Source of the DNA: Octopus vulgaris
Lineage: Eukaryota
Assembly: GCA_951406725.2 (NCBI GenBank)
Contig: OX597816.1
Span: 112,778,001-112,842,000 of the forward strand
Length of the DNA stretch: 64,000 bases
Direction of reading: 5' to 3'
This document shows positions 11,854 through 25,555 of this stretch, one piece after another (position 1 is the first letter of the stretch; each line of letters opens with the position of its first letter). The notes beneath the pieces were generated by a model that was not told the origin of the DNA, did no database searches, and saw nothing but the letters and a program-made list of their open reading frames with translations. The translations under genes and the position numbers were made by a program.

Positions 11854-12244
11854 GGCGTAGGAGTGGCTGTTTGGTAAGTAGCTTGCTTACCAACCACATG
11901 GTTCCGGGTTCAGTCCCACTGTGTGGCACCTTGGGCGAGTGTCTTCTACTATAGCCTCAGGCCAACCAAAGCCTTGTGAGTGGATTTGGTAGACGGAAAC
12001 TGAAAGAAGCCCATCGTATATATGTGTGTATGTGTATATGTTAGTGTATCTGTGTTTGTCTCCACAACATTGCTTCACAACCGATGCTGGTGTGTTTACT
12101 TCCCCATAACTTAGTGGTTCGGCAAAAGTGACCGATAGAATAAGTACTAGGCTTACAAAGAATAAGTCCTGGGATTGATTTGCTCGACTAAAGGCGGTGC
12201 TCCAGCATGGCCACAGTCAAATGACTGAAACAAGTAAAAGAGTA
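11854..12244 (+). mobile_element. SINE-A, full-length, best-preserved copy
   Basis: A-box-like TGGCTGTTTGG, B-box GGTTCAGTCCC (11907-11917), central (TA/TG)n tract and AGTAAAAG tail. More than 15 related copies occur in the window. Resembles tRNA-derived SINEs known from octopus; family name not verified. Confidence 0.92.
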
Positions 12245-12864
12245 ATTTAGTATTATTAATTTATACTTGGTTGTACTGAAACTTCATTAACAGCACATTT
12301 GTGACATTTTTCAGATCCATTACATCTTATTTTACCAAATAGGCTTGTTCACTCATTAATTATCTGTTACCTAACAGTTTATTAATACATCACTGGTGTC
12401 ACTAACTATGGTTCTACTTTTCAAATACTTGAGGCAATTTATAGCAAGTCCTTTTAAATCAGTTTTTATATACTATTTTTTTTTGGTGAGCAGGCACCCA
12501 GCATCAGGGGGATCAATTGACAAATTCCTTTAGGCTTAGTGAACTCTTAGCAGGACTGTAATTGCAAAGCCAGCACTGCAAATCAGTGATGTACAGAATC
12601 GATCAGGGATGCTTTTATTAGGAGTTTAATAGTTCAGCACATCTTATGCATCCAATAACACCTGTAAAGCTATGTAATGGTTGTACTATTATAAATACTC
12701 TGTGTGTTTATGTAAAGTTTGTAGATGTTTGTGTGTGCTTGATATGGTTGTAATGTAAGAAGTTAGCTTCTCAACCACATGGTTTTGGGTTTAGTAGCAT
12801 TGTTCTACTGTAACTGTGAACATACCAAACATTTGCAAGTAGATTTGTTTGAAAGAATCCGGTT

Positions 12865-12909
<45 letters not shown>

Positions 12910-13199
12910 AACCATCAAATATTGGAGAGTCACTCAATGCTTTTTAGTAGTGTTTTTTTTTATAAAGGGAAAGATTGAAAATTACTTCAAAGTTTATGTG
13001 TGTGTGAAAGATATATATATATATATATATATAAATAAAGATATGTAATATAAATACATACATAGACGCATGTATACACACACACACACTCATTCATGCA
13101 CACATACATATATATATACACATACAGTCAGCAGAAAATAATGAGAGGCCTAAAATCCATGTTAAACCTATACAGAGAAGGGCTCACTGACAAAGAATA

Positions 13200-13585
13200 C
13201 GATAAATTTCAGAAGTAAAACCAGTCAATTCTATGGTATTCCTAAGATACACAAGAGTGAGAAAACACATGCGGTAAAGCCACAGACGTGATAATCAAAG
13301 TCCCTACTCCTAATGATCTCAAATTGAGACCTATAATAGCAGGTCCTATATGTAAAACCCACCGTCTCAGTAACTTTTTAGATACCCTCTTAAAACCATT
13401 TCTCAGGCAGGCCAAAAGCTACATAAGGGACGACCTGGATATGCACAATCACCTTCCTGAAGCAGTAAACAAAAACACCCTACTAGTATCTTTCGATATA
13501 GTCAACCTCTATTCCAATATCCATCACAACCTAGGAATAGAGGCAATTCAATTTTGGCTAGAGAATTACACCAACGAACTGGTAA
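13200..13585 (+). pseudogene. Penelope-like element reverse transcriptase fragment
   Basis: SQFYGIPKIHKS, a frameshift, then LKLRPIIAGPICKTHRLSNFLDTLLKPF…SYIRDDLD…LLVSFDIVNLYSNI. These are the PLE RT N-terminal motifs through motif A. Confidence 0.9.
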
Positions 13586-14329
13586 ACACAGGTGGATGCA
13601 AGGTCAATCATGAATATGTTGGTGGGGTGGCTAGCTAGGATAAGCAGGTAATGATCAAGGAGGTGATAGGTGGCAGCAAGACGACGTAGGGTGTGAGAGT
13701 GATGCATAGTGCTAGGGACAAACTGAGAGGTGTACATGAGTGGAAATGGTGAGACACAGAAACAGGGATAATGATGGGGAAGTGATACTGCCAAAACAAG
13801 GAACACTGCAGAGGAAGCGGGTATGAAAGGGGTGTTCAGCAGAATAAGGCAGTAAGGGATGATACTGAGAATACGTGAATAAGGAAGTGGTCTCATAATT
13901 ACAGCAGCTGAGTGAATATTTCTGTAGTTAGGAGGGTGATGAACTGGTGGGTGTTAGGAGGATGAGTTGTGGGAGAGACAGCTGATTGGAAAATGGATTG
14001 TAGGGTAGGTGGTTTGTCAAGAAGGGACTGGGTGCATGGACATGGATTGTGAGTGTGAGAGAAAAGGAATATTTGTTATCAGATTGTGTGCAGGGGCATA
14101 GATAGATGCAACATGCTTTTGAGTTCATTTTTGTTTAGGTGAATGGGTTTTCTCAATTACCAATCATTTTGGTCCTTTGTCATCTCCTCTGTGAGGCTTA
14201 ACATCTGGAGGTGATTCTTTACCACTTCACCCCATATCTTTCTGGATCTTTCTCTTCTATAGGGGTACCATTTCTCCATTTTTTCATCCTTATCTTCGTA
14301 TACATTTGCTTGCTTTCTTCCAAGGAATC

Positions 14330-14525
14330 TAGTGCTCTTAGCTTAAATTTTCTCGGGGCCAGCCAGATTGGAGCAGTCTTGAGTGTAACCGGCTGAAACT
14401 GCTAAGATAATCAGGTACTCGACTGAGGATAGTAAGCTCCAAATGACCTGTCCTTTTTTGTATCGTCTAACTGCCCAGATGTTTTGTCACCTGTCACATT
14501 CTTGTTTCAGTTTTTGCTTTCTTTT
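14330..14525 (+). mobile_element. Probable Penelope-like terminal (pLTR) sequence
   Basis: Lies downstream of the PLE RT fragment, has a T-rich tail running into (TA)n, and has a homologue at 2995-3165. Confidence 0.45.
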
Positions 14526-16959
14526 ATATATATATACGTATATTCTAAAAGATGCTATTGTACACTTACTTTTTAAGTTAACATGATTATTACTGTTTCA
14601 CCCCAGGATAAGAAGATCAGTAATTAAAAATGTTTTAGGCAGAACCGTCCAGTCTTTTGTATATCTAAGATTATATTATCTAAAGTGTCTGTAACTTTTC
14701 AAGTTGGTAAAATGGTATTTGAAATGAGACTGGGATGCCATCTATAGCATGTGAATGGCTAAGTAGAGGCTCCCACATTGGCTTTAAAATAATATGGTTT
14801 TGAAGAAACCTATGTTCTATTTATGCATTATTTTCAGGTTATAGTTCTGTTCTCTACCAAAGTTTTAACACATTTACTTATCATTATTCTTCAATTTGTT
14901 GTATATATTTATTATTAATGGTTGTTTGCGCATAATTAGCAAGAATTATCTTAAAGATGGTAATGATAAAAAATATTTTTTAATTTATTGCTATCATGGA
15001 GCATATTTTATTCATGAGTTATTAGTTAGCATTTAAAAAATACTTTGTAAAACTCTTTGATTATGTCAAAAACATTATTTCTTACTGTTTCTTATATCAT
15101 TTGTGTTGTATCTGTCTCTTTGATAGTAATACTGATAAAATTCCCTCAAATCATGCACTTTTATTTTAAAGAAAAGAATAACATACTAGCTCATGTTACC
15201 CAAGATAATCCAGCTGAAAAGCAGATGTACTCATTAATTTGAGAGTTTGATCAACACTGAGATGGAGCTAAAGAACAACATAAATATGCACATGAACTTT
15301 CAATAGTATATACCTTTCAAAAAATAGGAAAATGGTCAATTCTTGAAAAAATATTGTGAAATTGAATGACACACTAGACTATGTAATGAACCTTGATTTT
15401 TCTCTCTTTAAGAAAAAAAAAGTAAGAAAGGATGATCACTACAGAAATATCTTTGATCATATATCTGTTTGGATCAGGTTTGACTTGCATCTGAACAAAC
15501 AAGAAAAGCCACTCTTTCACATATGAACTCTGTATCTTACCTCCCAGATTTCATTTTCCCAATTACTTTCTAAATTGAATTGTAATCCTTTAGAATTGCA
15601 ACTCCAACACACCTAAGTACTTCCCACAATGCATTCAATTGCAGAACATTAAGTTGAAAATCAATTGAACATATTGGTGTGGAAATAGGCTGGAGTACAT
15701 GCAAGGACTTTATGCTCAATCCCTGCTTTCAATTCAATTAAAACTATGAATTTACAAAGTAAATTAAAAGAAAACTATTCATTATAGCAGAGGTTTTGTA
15801 AATCAGAAAAATCTTGCAACTTCAGAATGCTGTTGTTACTAAAATTTTGAAGATAATTTTCTGTTGTTATGGACACAATTTGAAATATTTATTTCACATC
15901 TTAAAATAACTTCAAACACATTTGTTGTATTCTTATGTCATATAAATGAAATTTCATCTTTTTCATAGGCCAATAATAATTCTATCCAGAAGAATTTTAA
16001 TAAATATCGAAGCTCATTATTAGCATGAACATATTTTCAAGTTTATATTTATGAGAAAATACATAAAAAGAAAGCTAGTAGGAATATGTATAAAAATATT
16101 TACATAAAACTTTGTAATTCAAAGTTCTGATAAAATTATAGCTTATTCAATCAACTGGTTGTTTTTTATAACCCTTTTCAAAAATATATTCTATCATATA
16201 TCTCGGTTTCCATGTAATTGTGTAGAAAGGGAAAAATAAAATACTGAAGACAATAGCTTTATAAATATGACATATATCATAATACAGTGAAGGATCGTTT
16301 ATTCTTTATAAGAAATATATTCTTAAAAATATAAATAAATCTGTTGTGTATGTGTGCATGTATGTGTATACATACACATGCACACACATGATTGTGTGTC
16401 AGTATGAAACAACATTTACAAGTACATTATGTTGTTGTTATATTTTGAAAATTAGGAATATTGGATTTATTACTTCAGGATCAGTAAACATGATTCTAAT
16501 ATCTGATAATCAGTTATAAAATTCTAAACCCATTTATTTCTGTCTCTTGCAGTTTTCCATGTGACAATTTTGGGGAAAGAGTTTTTAGCAAATTCAATTT
16601 GTGCATCAATTCTCCTAAATGAAGCAGCAATGTTTAATTCATTTTAAAATTTATGTTGTCTGTATAAACAAGATAAGTTTACATTTTCACCATAAAAGAA
16701 AAAGTTTTAAATAAACCCAATATTTAATTATGATCTAATTTTAATGATATTCACAATAGATTATTAAATATTTATGGGTATAATAAAGTTTAAAAGAAGC
16801 ATAGAGATGTGTTTTCTATATTCAAGGAAACCGAAGAAATCAAGTATTTTTATTAATGTTTTAAATTATGCTTCCAATATACAATAATATCTGTCAAGCT
16901 TAATCTAGGACTAGCAGACAGCAGGCAAACAGCTGACATCAAGAAAGCAGACTGATAAT

Positions 16960-17220
16960 CTATTCGCGTTGATAAGACAGTTGAAAATCTATTTATGTAA
17001 ACTAAACAGGTTCAACCTATCTATGCTGAATATTTGGGTGCAAAGTGCTTATGTTGACAACACACAATATGCTTATGTTGACTACATAATAATATTTACT
17101 TGTATGTTGACAACATGAAAGCAGTCCTTATGTTGACTAACTGGAAGCAGTGTTATGTTGACTGCACAGTTACTATTTGCTTATGTTGACTAGGTGGACA
17201 TCATATTTTTATATTAATTA
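16960..17220. repeat. Array of TTATGTTGAC motifs with variable spacers
   Basis: Six near-exact motifs at 17049, 17073, 17102, 17128, 17153 and 17181, with more degenerate units on both flanks. Confidence 0.85.
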
Positions 17221-18552
17221 TATAGACATAATATTCTTTTACTGATTTCAGTCCTTAGACTGTGGCACCTTGCTTATTTTTGTTACACATACACAGTCAG
17301 ATCATGCATATATATTATTTCATGAATATACTTTTCATTCCTGCAGCCTTCACAACTGATTATTTTATAGCCTCTATAAAAAAAAAAGATATGTTAAATG
17401 GCTCTTACAGAATATGAATTTAGAAATATGAGATATCAAGTAAAATATTTTTCTGATGACAAACCATTCTCATATCAGGTATAAATCCATCATTTTTCAT
17501 AACAGAAGAAAAAATTGTAAACCAATCTTAATATTTTGACATTTATTTACATGCATACAAGCCATGCTGTATCAGCTGAAGTGCAGAATTCTTGATATTT
17601 CTTCAATAATTCTCTCTCTATATTCAGTCGCCATGGAGATTTTGAAAGCTTTTAGATATGCATGGTATTTCATTCACATTTATAGAAACTCACATGCAAA
17701 AATATTCAACACATGTAACACCTTCATGATTCATAATTTGATTTCTCCTCCTCATTACATATATATATATATATACTCACAAACTTATATTCTATAACTT
17801 TTCACTCTTACTTCTCATAGAATTCTTTTGAGCTAACAAGAAAATCTCTAACACTCTCTCTGCTAGAACTAGCAGCCAAATCTACTTCATATAATACACT
17901 AGTCTCTTAAAAAAAAAAGGAAGGACACGTGATATAATTGTTGTCCTAGGTGCACTGCGTGTGAAAAAAGACAGGATGGCTATCACCAAAATGCCTTTGG
18001 TCATAGATCTGCTCAATTCTGGTTGATTTACATTTAATTATCATTAACACTATTAAACACAGTTACTCACTCACATTCATTATCTCTCTCATACACTCAA
18101 CTGCATATGTCGCTGTCATTATTGGTGGTTTTAAAAGGATGGACATCTTGGACAGTTCAGGTACCAAGATGTGACAAAATTTCAGTATACACTGTTTTTG
18201 TTTAACATTATTCATAGGTCACTGGAAGAACATTTGTCTTAAAGCAACATTTGTTTTTTTAAGAGAAACAAGGGCACCACATTGCGAGTATAGAGAGAAA
18301 TTTTGAAACTCATATAAATTGGAAGAACAACAAGTGTATGGCAATGTTCCTGCTGATATTTTCATGCCTTACAAGAATAATCTTGTTTGTTTTGTTTCTC
18401 CCTCTCCACTTACCCATTCTCATGCAGGCTTTTCTCCTTTTTGTGATGATAGTGGTGGGGGATCACATCTGCTGGCATGGAAGTGTTTCAAGGATGTGAT
18501 ATTTTACATGACAGCAACCTTTCATTCTGATATTTATTTTCCTATTACCAAA

Positions 18553-18583
<31 letters not shown>

Positions 18584-19510
18584 ACTGTGTTATCAGACAT
18601 TTGTCCTGGCTTGTTTATGCGCAACATGGAGTTTGTATTTATTTCAGGTTAAGTTGTTAGTTATAAGCAAGAAAGAAGTCTAAGTTAATTCCTTTCATTG
18701 AAAGTGGAGGGGCAGTGGATTTACGTCTTGTGATACATCAAGTTTTGCAGTAAAACATTGTCAGATGTTGAAACATCTTATATAACATAAAGATTAATAT
18801 CTATTGTCTAGTTAGTCAGAAAATTGGTACATATCCAAGTATTTTGATAATGTTTTTTGTGGCAAGGAAAGAAATTGAGTTGGATTAAGTATCAGTTGTA
18901 ATCACAAAACTTAATGCCAAGCCAATGAGGGGAACCTTTGCACTAATGTTTCCAGCCTTGAGTTTACAGGCTTCTCTGAGTTGGCCAGCAAAAAACCATA
19001 CTAGAGATCTCTGAGCTGAGTTCAAAATTTACTACATACACAGTCCTTTCAAAAGCCTTAGGTTTTGGAAGAAATTTATTTAAGAAGTGGGTCCATCGTA
19101 GTGAAAATGTTGAGAAACAAGGTTCCACATAGCTGCTGAGTCTGTTAGAAATATCAACCAAATTTTGTGTTTGATCATAATATAATGTCTTTAAAATAGG
19201 AGAAATGCATTGAGTACTGTTGTACTGAGAGAAAGATGTAATTCTCCCTTTACTGGTTTCAGTCATAGGACTGTGGCCAGGCTGGAGCACTACATTCATG
19301 AATTTTATTGAATTATATTGACCCCAGTACTCTGATAAATGTGAAAATGAAAAGTGAACACTGATGTGACAGGAGATAACATTGTCAAATAGCAATACTG
19401 TGGTGTATTTCTGTTTGAATTTACTCATTTATATAAATGAGCACATATCCATACATACATATATACATGCACGCACACACCACACACACACAACACATTG
19501 ACATACACTT

Positions 19511-19565
19511 TCCGTCCAACCCGTGCTAGCACAGAAAACAGACGTTAAACGATGATGATGATGAT
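19511..19565 (+). mobile_element. RTE LINE extreme 3' end with (GAT)n tail
   Basis: ccgtccaacccgtgctagcacagaaaacagacgttaaac(gat)n, the same terminus as many other copies. Confidence 0.75.
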
Positions 19566-19825
19566 CGCATATTGCTTGTACACTGTACTCAGAAGACAAT
19601 AGTGAACCTCAGGCTGTGTTAGGAATTATTCTCTGAACTACACAGTTGCAAAACAAACCTCTTAGCAGTACAACTTTTACTGCATTTAATAATGTTGTCT
19701 GACTTAGAACATTTTCGGTTATAAGTCTGTTCATTTTGAGCTGACCTGGGGCAAAATAACACCAGCAATAACACTTAAACTTTAAATGTGCAAACATATC
19801 TAAATTTTTTTGCTTTTCAGTATAA

Positions 19826-20235
19826 ACACAGGCATGGCTATTAGGTTAAGAAGCTCACTTTACAACCACATGGTTTCAGGTTCAGTCCCACTGCATGACA
19901 CCTCGAGGAAGTACCATCTGTTATAGCCCTGGTCTGACCAGTGCCTTGTGCGTGAATTTGGCAGATGAAAACTGTGTGGAAGCCCATACACACCCATGTG
20001 TATATGTATGTGTGTGTGTGCTTTTATGTTTGTGTATGTCCCACAATTGCTTGACAACCAGTGTTGGTTTGTTTACATCCCTATAACTAAGTGGTTTCAT
20101 CAAAAGAGACCAACAGAATAAGTACCAGACTTTGATAAAATAAGTACTGGGATTGATCTGTTCAGTTAAACACTTCAAAGTGGTATTCCAGCATGGCCAC
20201 AGTAAAATGAGTGAAACAAGTAAAAGATAGAATAG
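19826..20235 (+). mobile_element. SINE-A, full-length
   Basis: Aligns end to end with 11854-12244. Confidence 0.88.
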
Positions 20236-21989
20236 CAAACCATAAATAACTGAATGTTCTGTTGCTTTTGCCATTTCAATATTGGAGTGATTTACAGAAA
20301 GCATTGAATAGAATGCTGTTTAGCACATAGTTATGAATTTTTACATCAATTTCAAATCCCACCAGAGTTGGTTCTACCTCTCATCCTTCTGGAATTGCTA
20401 AAATTCTGGAAGGATGCATGGGGTCGGTCTTAATTTCCTAACATCTACTCTTCATTCAATACTTAAGACCAGGTACCTATGTTAAAAATCTATAACAGTA
20501 AATAAATTTTTGTTTCTGCTTCTCTGAATCTGTTTGGGTTACCATTTCTAGAATTAAAATTCTGATACTTGATCTGTCATAATAGTAAACAAACTCCTTA
20601 CAAAAGGTTAAAATTTTTATTGAAATGTCATTACTTACTCTCATTTCCTTTATTTTCCTTATTTAATGAAGAATTTTCTATGGAGACATTTCCCTTAACA
20701 ATACTACACTGAATAGCACTTGTCTTTTATTCAGTTTAGCATTTCTTCCTTCTAACATGCTTATAAACTGGTGACAGACTTTGCTTTTCTACCAAGGATT
20801 TATCAATAATTCTTTCTTTATATTGTGGCATAATGGTTTTATCAATAATTAGAACATTTCTAAAATATAAGAAAAAATAGAAAAAAGAAAAAAAATCTGT
20901 ATTCTTCCATTCATTGACTGATTAATATCACTCACCACTTTCATTCTTTGGTGATGATAATATCTCATGTTTTGTTGTTCCTTTTTTCAAATCTTTTATT
21001 CCATTTCTTGAAATTTACTTTATATGTTCCTTGTTCAATAAATGTCAATATTTCTCACACTGCCCACTTAATATTCAAATCCTTGAATCCAACATTTTTT
21101 TTTTTTTTTTTTTTTTTGTAATTTGCATTTTCACCATTTTTACTGAGAACTTCATTCTCAAATATTTTTAGCATCCAACTTGTTAATAATATATTGGTTA
21201 TTTCACAGCCAGTCATTTCTCTTTTCACTTTATCCCCTCTCACCACCACCTTGTATCTTATAAGAGTTATTTTGATCAATATATTTGCTAGTATCATGAG
21301 GAAGCATTGGAAAAAAGAACAAAAAAACTTTTAAATACCTACATAATATTATTTCACCTTTATGGGTTTATCATAACAATGTTCAATCCTATTTAAAAGG
21401 GGTGAACCTACTACATTTTTGACACTAACAATACTCAATGATACTTTACTTGTGTATAAGAAGGCAAAACTTTTCTTGATATTTATTAACATTCTGAAAT
21501 TGTAATATTTCATAGCTTTAATAACATTTTATATAACTTTCCTCACTATTATATATTTAAATTAATCTATACTCAACAGTTGATTTAATCAAAATCTGTT
21601 CTGAGTTAGGTTTTTATTCACCATGTTTTGTATATGAAAATATTTCTGGGTGAATTCTTTCAACAAATGAATGCAGTGTAAGTAAATAAGTTAATAAATA
21701 ATAAAAAAAAAACTATTAAAATATTAAGTTATTTCAGTTTGGTATTGCTATTTCTGTTACAGTTTAATTTTTTTTCTAGACTTCTAAACCTTGATAACAA
21801 TTCTGTCCTTCAAAATTACTTTAACTTCAACCATTGAACAGTGACCATGGCACATCACCTTCAAATGTTTAGTTGAACATGTCAGTATTTCTGATACCAC
21901 CAATACTTATTTCACTCTCATTGTTGAATCACTAAATTACATCATATAAACAGATATGAATGCCAGTATGCATATACATGTATGTATAT

Positions 21990-22300
21990 TGTAGTTGGAA
22001 CTTACAAAAAAAATATAAGACGAAGACAGGTGTGTAAACAACAAACAAGTGTATTAGTTTAATGCTCAGGAAAGTGAGAAAGTATTTTACATTTTGAGCC
22101 GACACTCTTCAACGGAAAGGAAGATGACAAAATAGTGGCTAGCAGTTGATCACAGGTTGGCCCATGTCTAGTGTCGATCAGTATATATATCTATACTTTA
22201 TTAATACAGGATATTACTCTACCTCTGGTATTTGAGTACTATTTTCTCCACCTTGTTTCACATTTATGTGCTTACTCCGGTGTGTGTTTATATATATATA
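21990..22300 (-). mobile_element. Penelope-like terminal fragments with a decayed hammerhead motif
   Basis: Minus strand reads ctttccgTTGAAGAGtgtcggCTCAAAATGTAaaatactttc, followed by a T-rich tail. Confidence 0.55.
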
Positions 22301-23179
22301 GTAACAAGAACTTTGGGATGGAAATTCATAAATCTTTTAATGCATTGCTACATATGTTTCCACAAAACATGTTTTTGTTGATGCATTCCCCATCCATAGA
22401 ACATTATAAATATGATTAGCAATATTCATGGATTTTAAGAGGAACCATTAATACATGTAATATATGTGTGTGTGTGCAGTGGTTTCTACACTGTTTCCAT
22501 CTTCTAAATCCTACTCACTAGGCATGGGCCAACCTGTGATAAGAATAAAAGTGACTTACCCAAGATCCTACACAGTAGGATCAAACCCAGATCCACTATT
22601 GGGAAACAAACTACTTAACCACGCAGCTATGCTTACATCTTCATTCTTCCACCACTAAATCTCATATTAATTTATGGAAATTTTTTAAGCTTAAATTTCT
22701 TAATTGTTTGAATTTTTAATAATATCCATTATTATCTAGAATTCTTTAATTGCAATTAAGAGATAAGGTTAAAGATGTGGCTTATTAATCACTCCACTCA
22801 TTTTCAGTCTTTCACACACAATTATTGTTTTGGTTTGTTATCTCAAGGGAGTGCTAGCCTATTTAAGACCTGAACACAGAATGTAGAGAAAGTAAACAAG
22901 ATATTTTAGGGCATTTTACTTCAGTATTAGATAAGGCCTCTGTCAGGTAAAGCTGACATTACATCTGTACATGCATGTACAAGAATGGGAAATACTTTTT
23001 GAGAAGACTGTCTGTTGCTCATGCACAAAATTCTCTTCCTGTCCACAACATTGATATTTACCCTAGAGAAACAGGTTGCTCACTTTTTCCACTACAGCTT
23101 GGCATCAGTGTCATTATAGGCTTTTCTGCCTGAACAGAACACTAAGAGACAGAACAAATTGTACAAGGCATCCTGTGCT

Positions 23180-23340
23180 AACCTACTACCTTGAATGGGT
23201 GTTTCTTTATTGATCCTGAAATGATTAAAGGCAAAGTTGACCATGGCAGGATTTGAACTTAGAGAATAGAAACTGGGAACGAATACCACAGAGCACTCTA
23301 TTCCTCACTCTGATAACAATCCTAGTTTGTCACTTCCCCC
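23180..23340 (-). mobile_element. SINE-B (tRNA head plus Nin/Deu-like central domain), degenerate
   Basis: aaggcaaagttgacc…ggatttgaact is the reverse of the B-box plus the ggtcaactttgcctttcatcc core. Confidence 0.65.
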
Positions 23341-25555
23341 TGTATTAGCTAATTCGTTTTAAAAATATTATGTTGTGATGTTGAAACAAACTTAGTGATT
23401 TTGTAAAACAGAATTAACAAGAATTTTGAAGAAGGATAAACAATTTTTTGTTATGTGTGTTATTTTTGGCAAAGTAGAAATAACTGACTGTTTTCTTAAC
23501 ATGTTGAGTGAAAAGTCATCTTTTTTTACATAAAAATCCAGAGATTTTTCTTTTTAACTCTTAGGAGACTGGTATGTCTATGCTGTAAAGACAGATAGTC
23601 TCAGGAATGAACTTATATTTATTTTGAAGATGAAAAAACATATTATTTCTAATTTTGTAATGTTAAATATGAAGCTGCACACTTCATCCAGTTTATTCAT
23701 TTCGTTTATATGTATAAAACAACTACAAAATATGTATTTTAATTGATTTATAATGTATGAAAAAATATATCTCAGATAGAATTATTGCTTCTGTTTAACC
23801 CTAGATTAGCCCTGGTTTAATAGAGTTATGATCAAAGGCATTTTAGTTATAACCATTCTAGGAGTACACTGTATAGCCACACTTATGTAACTCAATGGAG
23901 ATTTGGCTGTTATTTCTAGCAGGTCTTGAATTCCACATTGGCTCAATTGAAATGAAGGCTGTTAGATTTGGTGTGAGATAAAAAGGGAAGGATCAGTAGA
24001 CATTATAGAGAACAGGACCCAATACTCTCTTAGGTTAGTCTACAGGTAATAGGTAGACAATATTGGCTAATTACACTCAGTTTGTACCTAGGCCCAATAG
24101 CAATTGTTAGAGCACCAAGAAGAATTCTCTGCAGTGTTTGTTCCACTGTCTGTACTCTGAGTTCAAATCCCACTGAGGTAAATTTTACCTTCCATCCTGT
24201 GGGTAAACAAGTATTAGTCCAAAAATGGATTGACAGAATTTTTAGAATGTTGGAACTAATGTTTACTGTGTCAGATCTGGCTCTGTGTGTTCTGCATTCA
24301 TATTATACCTTTTGTCTTCAAAAAAAAAAAAAAAAGGGAGAAAGAATGGTAACACTTCTGCTCTCAGAAGATTTGACCAATAGATTGTATCAGGAATGGA
24401 AAAAAACTAATGAAAACATAGTTCCTTGGTTCATTTCATTGACCAGAAAATCAGCTGTCTCACCACTACCAATTACAACCATGTGAATATAACCTTTTAT
24501 ACATTAAATCAACTACTATGAGTTATAACCATTGTACAGTGCTTAGGTTTTTATGTTATAATTGAAAAGAAAAACAATTCAAATAAAGTCTGTCCCAACT
24601 AGAATTTTCTAGAATGAGTTTAACTGTAATATGTCAATAAATGAGAAACAAAGCAAATATACAGAAAGACACAAACATGTTTATTGAGATAATATATTCT
24701 CCCAGTCTGCACACAGAATGGTTGACACTTGGAAGGGTAACAAATATTAAACTGTTTTCTTCATCTACTTATGTCCTGGCACATAAAATGTTTACACGCC
24801 TGCTACATGATCAGAAACAAGATATCTAATGGCAATGCTCTACATATTTGGGATGGTGCCAAATATGGTCAGGAAAACTTAAGTAACAATATCAGTATCA
24901 AAGATCAAAAGTTATTGTGGTGTTGATATAATTTTAGTGGTAGGGTGGCAATGATGATGACAACAATGTTGGTGATGTTAATAATAACGATGGTAATGAC
25001 AATCGTAGAGTATGGTAATGGTGGTAGTTGTTGTTTATGTTTAATGAAGCAAACTTTTGATTTAAGGCATTCCAGTCATGACCACCCTGTCTTTTATTCA
25101 GACATAGTATATCTAAGATTATATTATAATCATCGTTTAGTGTGTCCTTTTCTTAGACAGTAGGGTGTGATTTAAGGGAGATTTGGTTGCTATTTCTTGC
25201 TGGTCAAAATCTGTGTAGAGGTTCTGTCATTAACTCAGATGATGGTTTAATGGGAAAGGATCACTCTAATGTTATGGGGACACCTTATGTCTGCTATTAA
25301 TATTTTGTGTTTTTATTGTATCCATTTTATTTCAGGGTTACTATTTTCCAGTTACCTTGAGTAATAAATAATTATGCCCATTTGTGAATTTTTTTACAAT
25401 CTGATTAAAACCATTGAGATTGGTTTATGCTGTTAATTATTTTAGTCTTTTTCTGGTTTCTCTCGTTTAATTAAATACTACAATTGATAAAATTGACTGA
25501 ACACTTGGTTGTCTGTAAGAATTTAGTCAATCTTTGACTGTGGGCAATGATTTAA

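Noticed and set aside
17049-17190. CRISPR array interpretation of the motif/spacer array
   Set aside because: The repeat is only ~10 bp and non-palindromic, spacers are 14-19 nt, there are no cas genes, and the context is eukaryotic.
18964-19428. 154-aa ORF (also 134 aa at 24082 and 146 aa at 40289)
   Set aside because: They run through SINE or other repeat fragments or the antisense of the PLE, with no domain signature.
22909-22958. miR-8-like hairpin (cagtattaga…ctgtcaggtaaag)
   Set aside because: The seed TAATAC is missing from the putative 3p arm, pairing is poor on both strands, and the left part is explained by a decayed SINE-B. A 13-nt match to some known miRNA is expected by chance in this much sequence.
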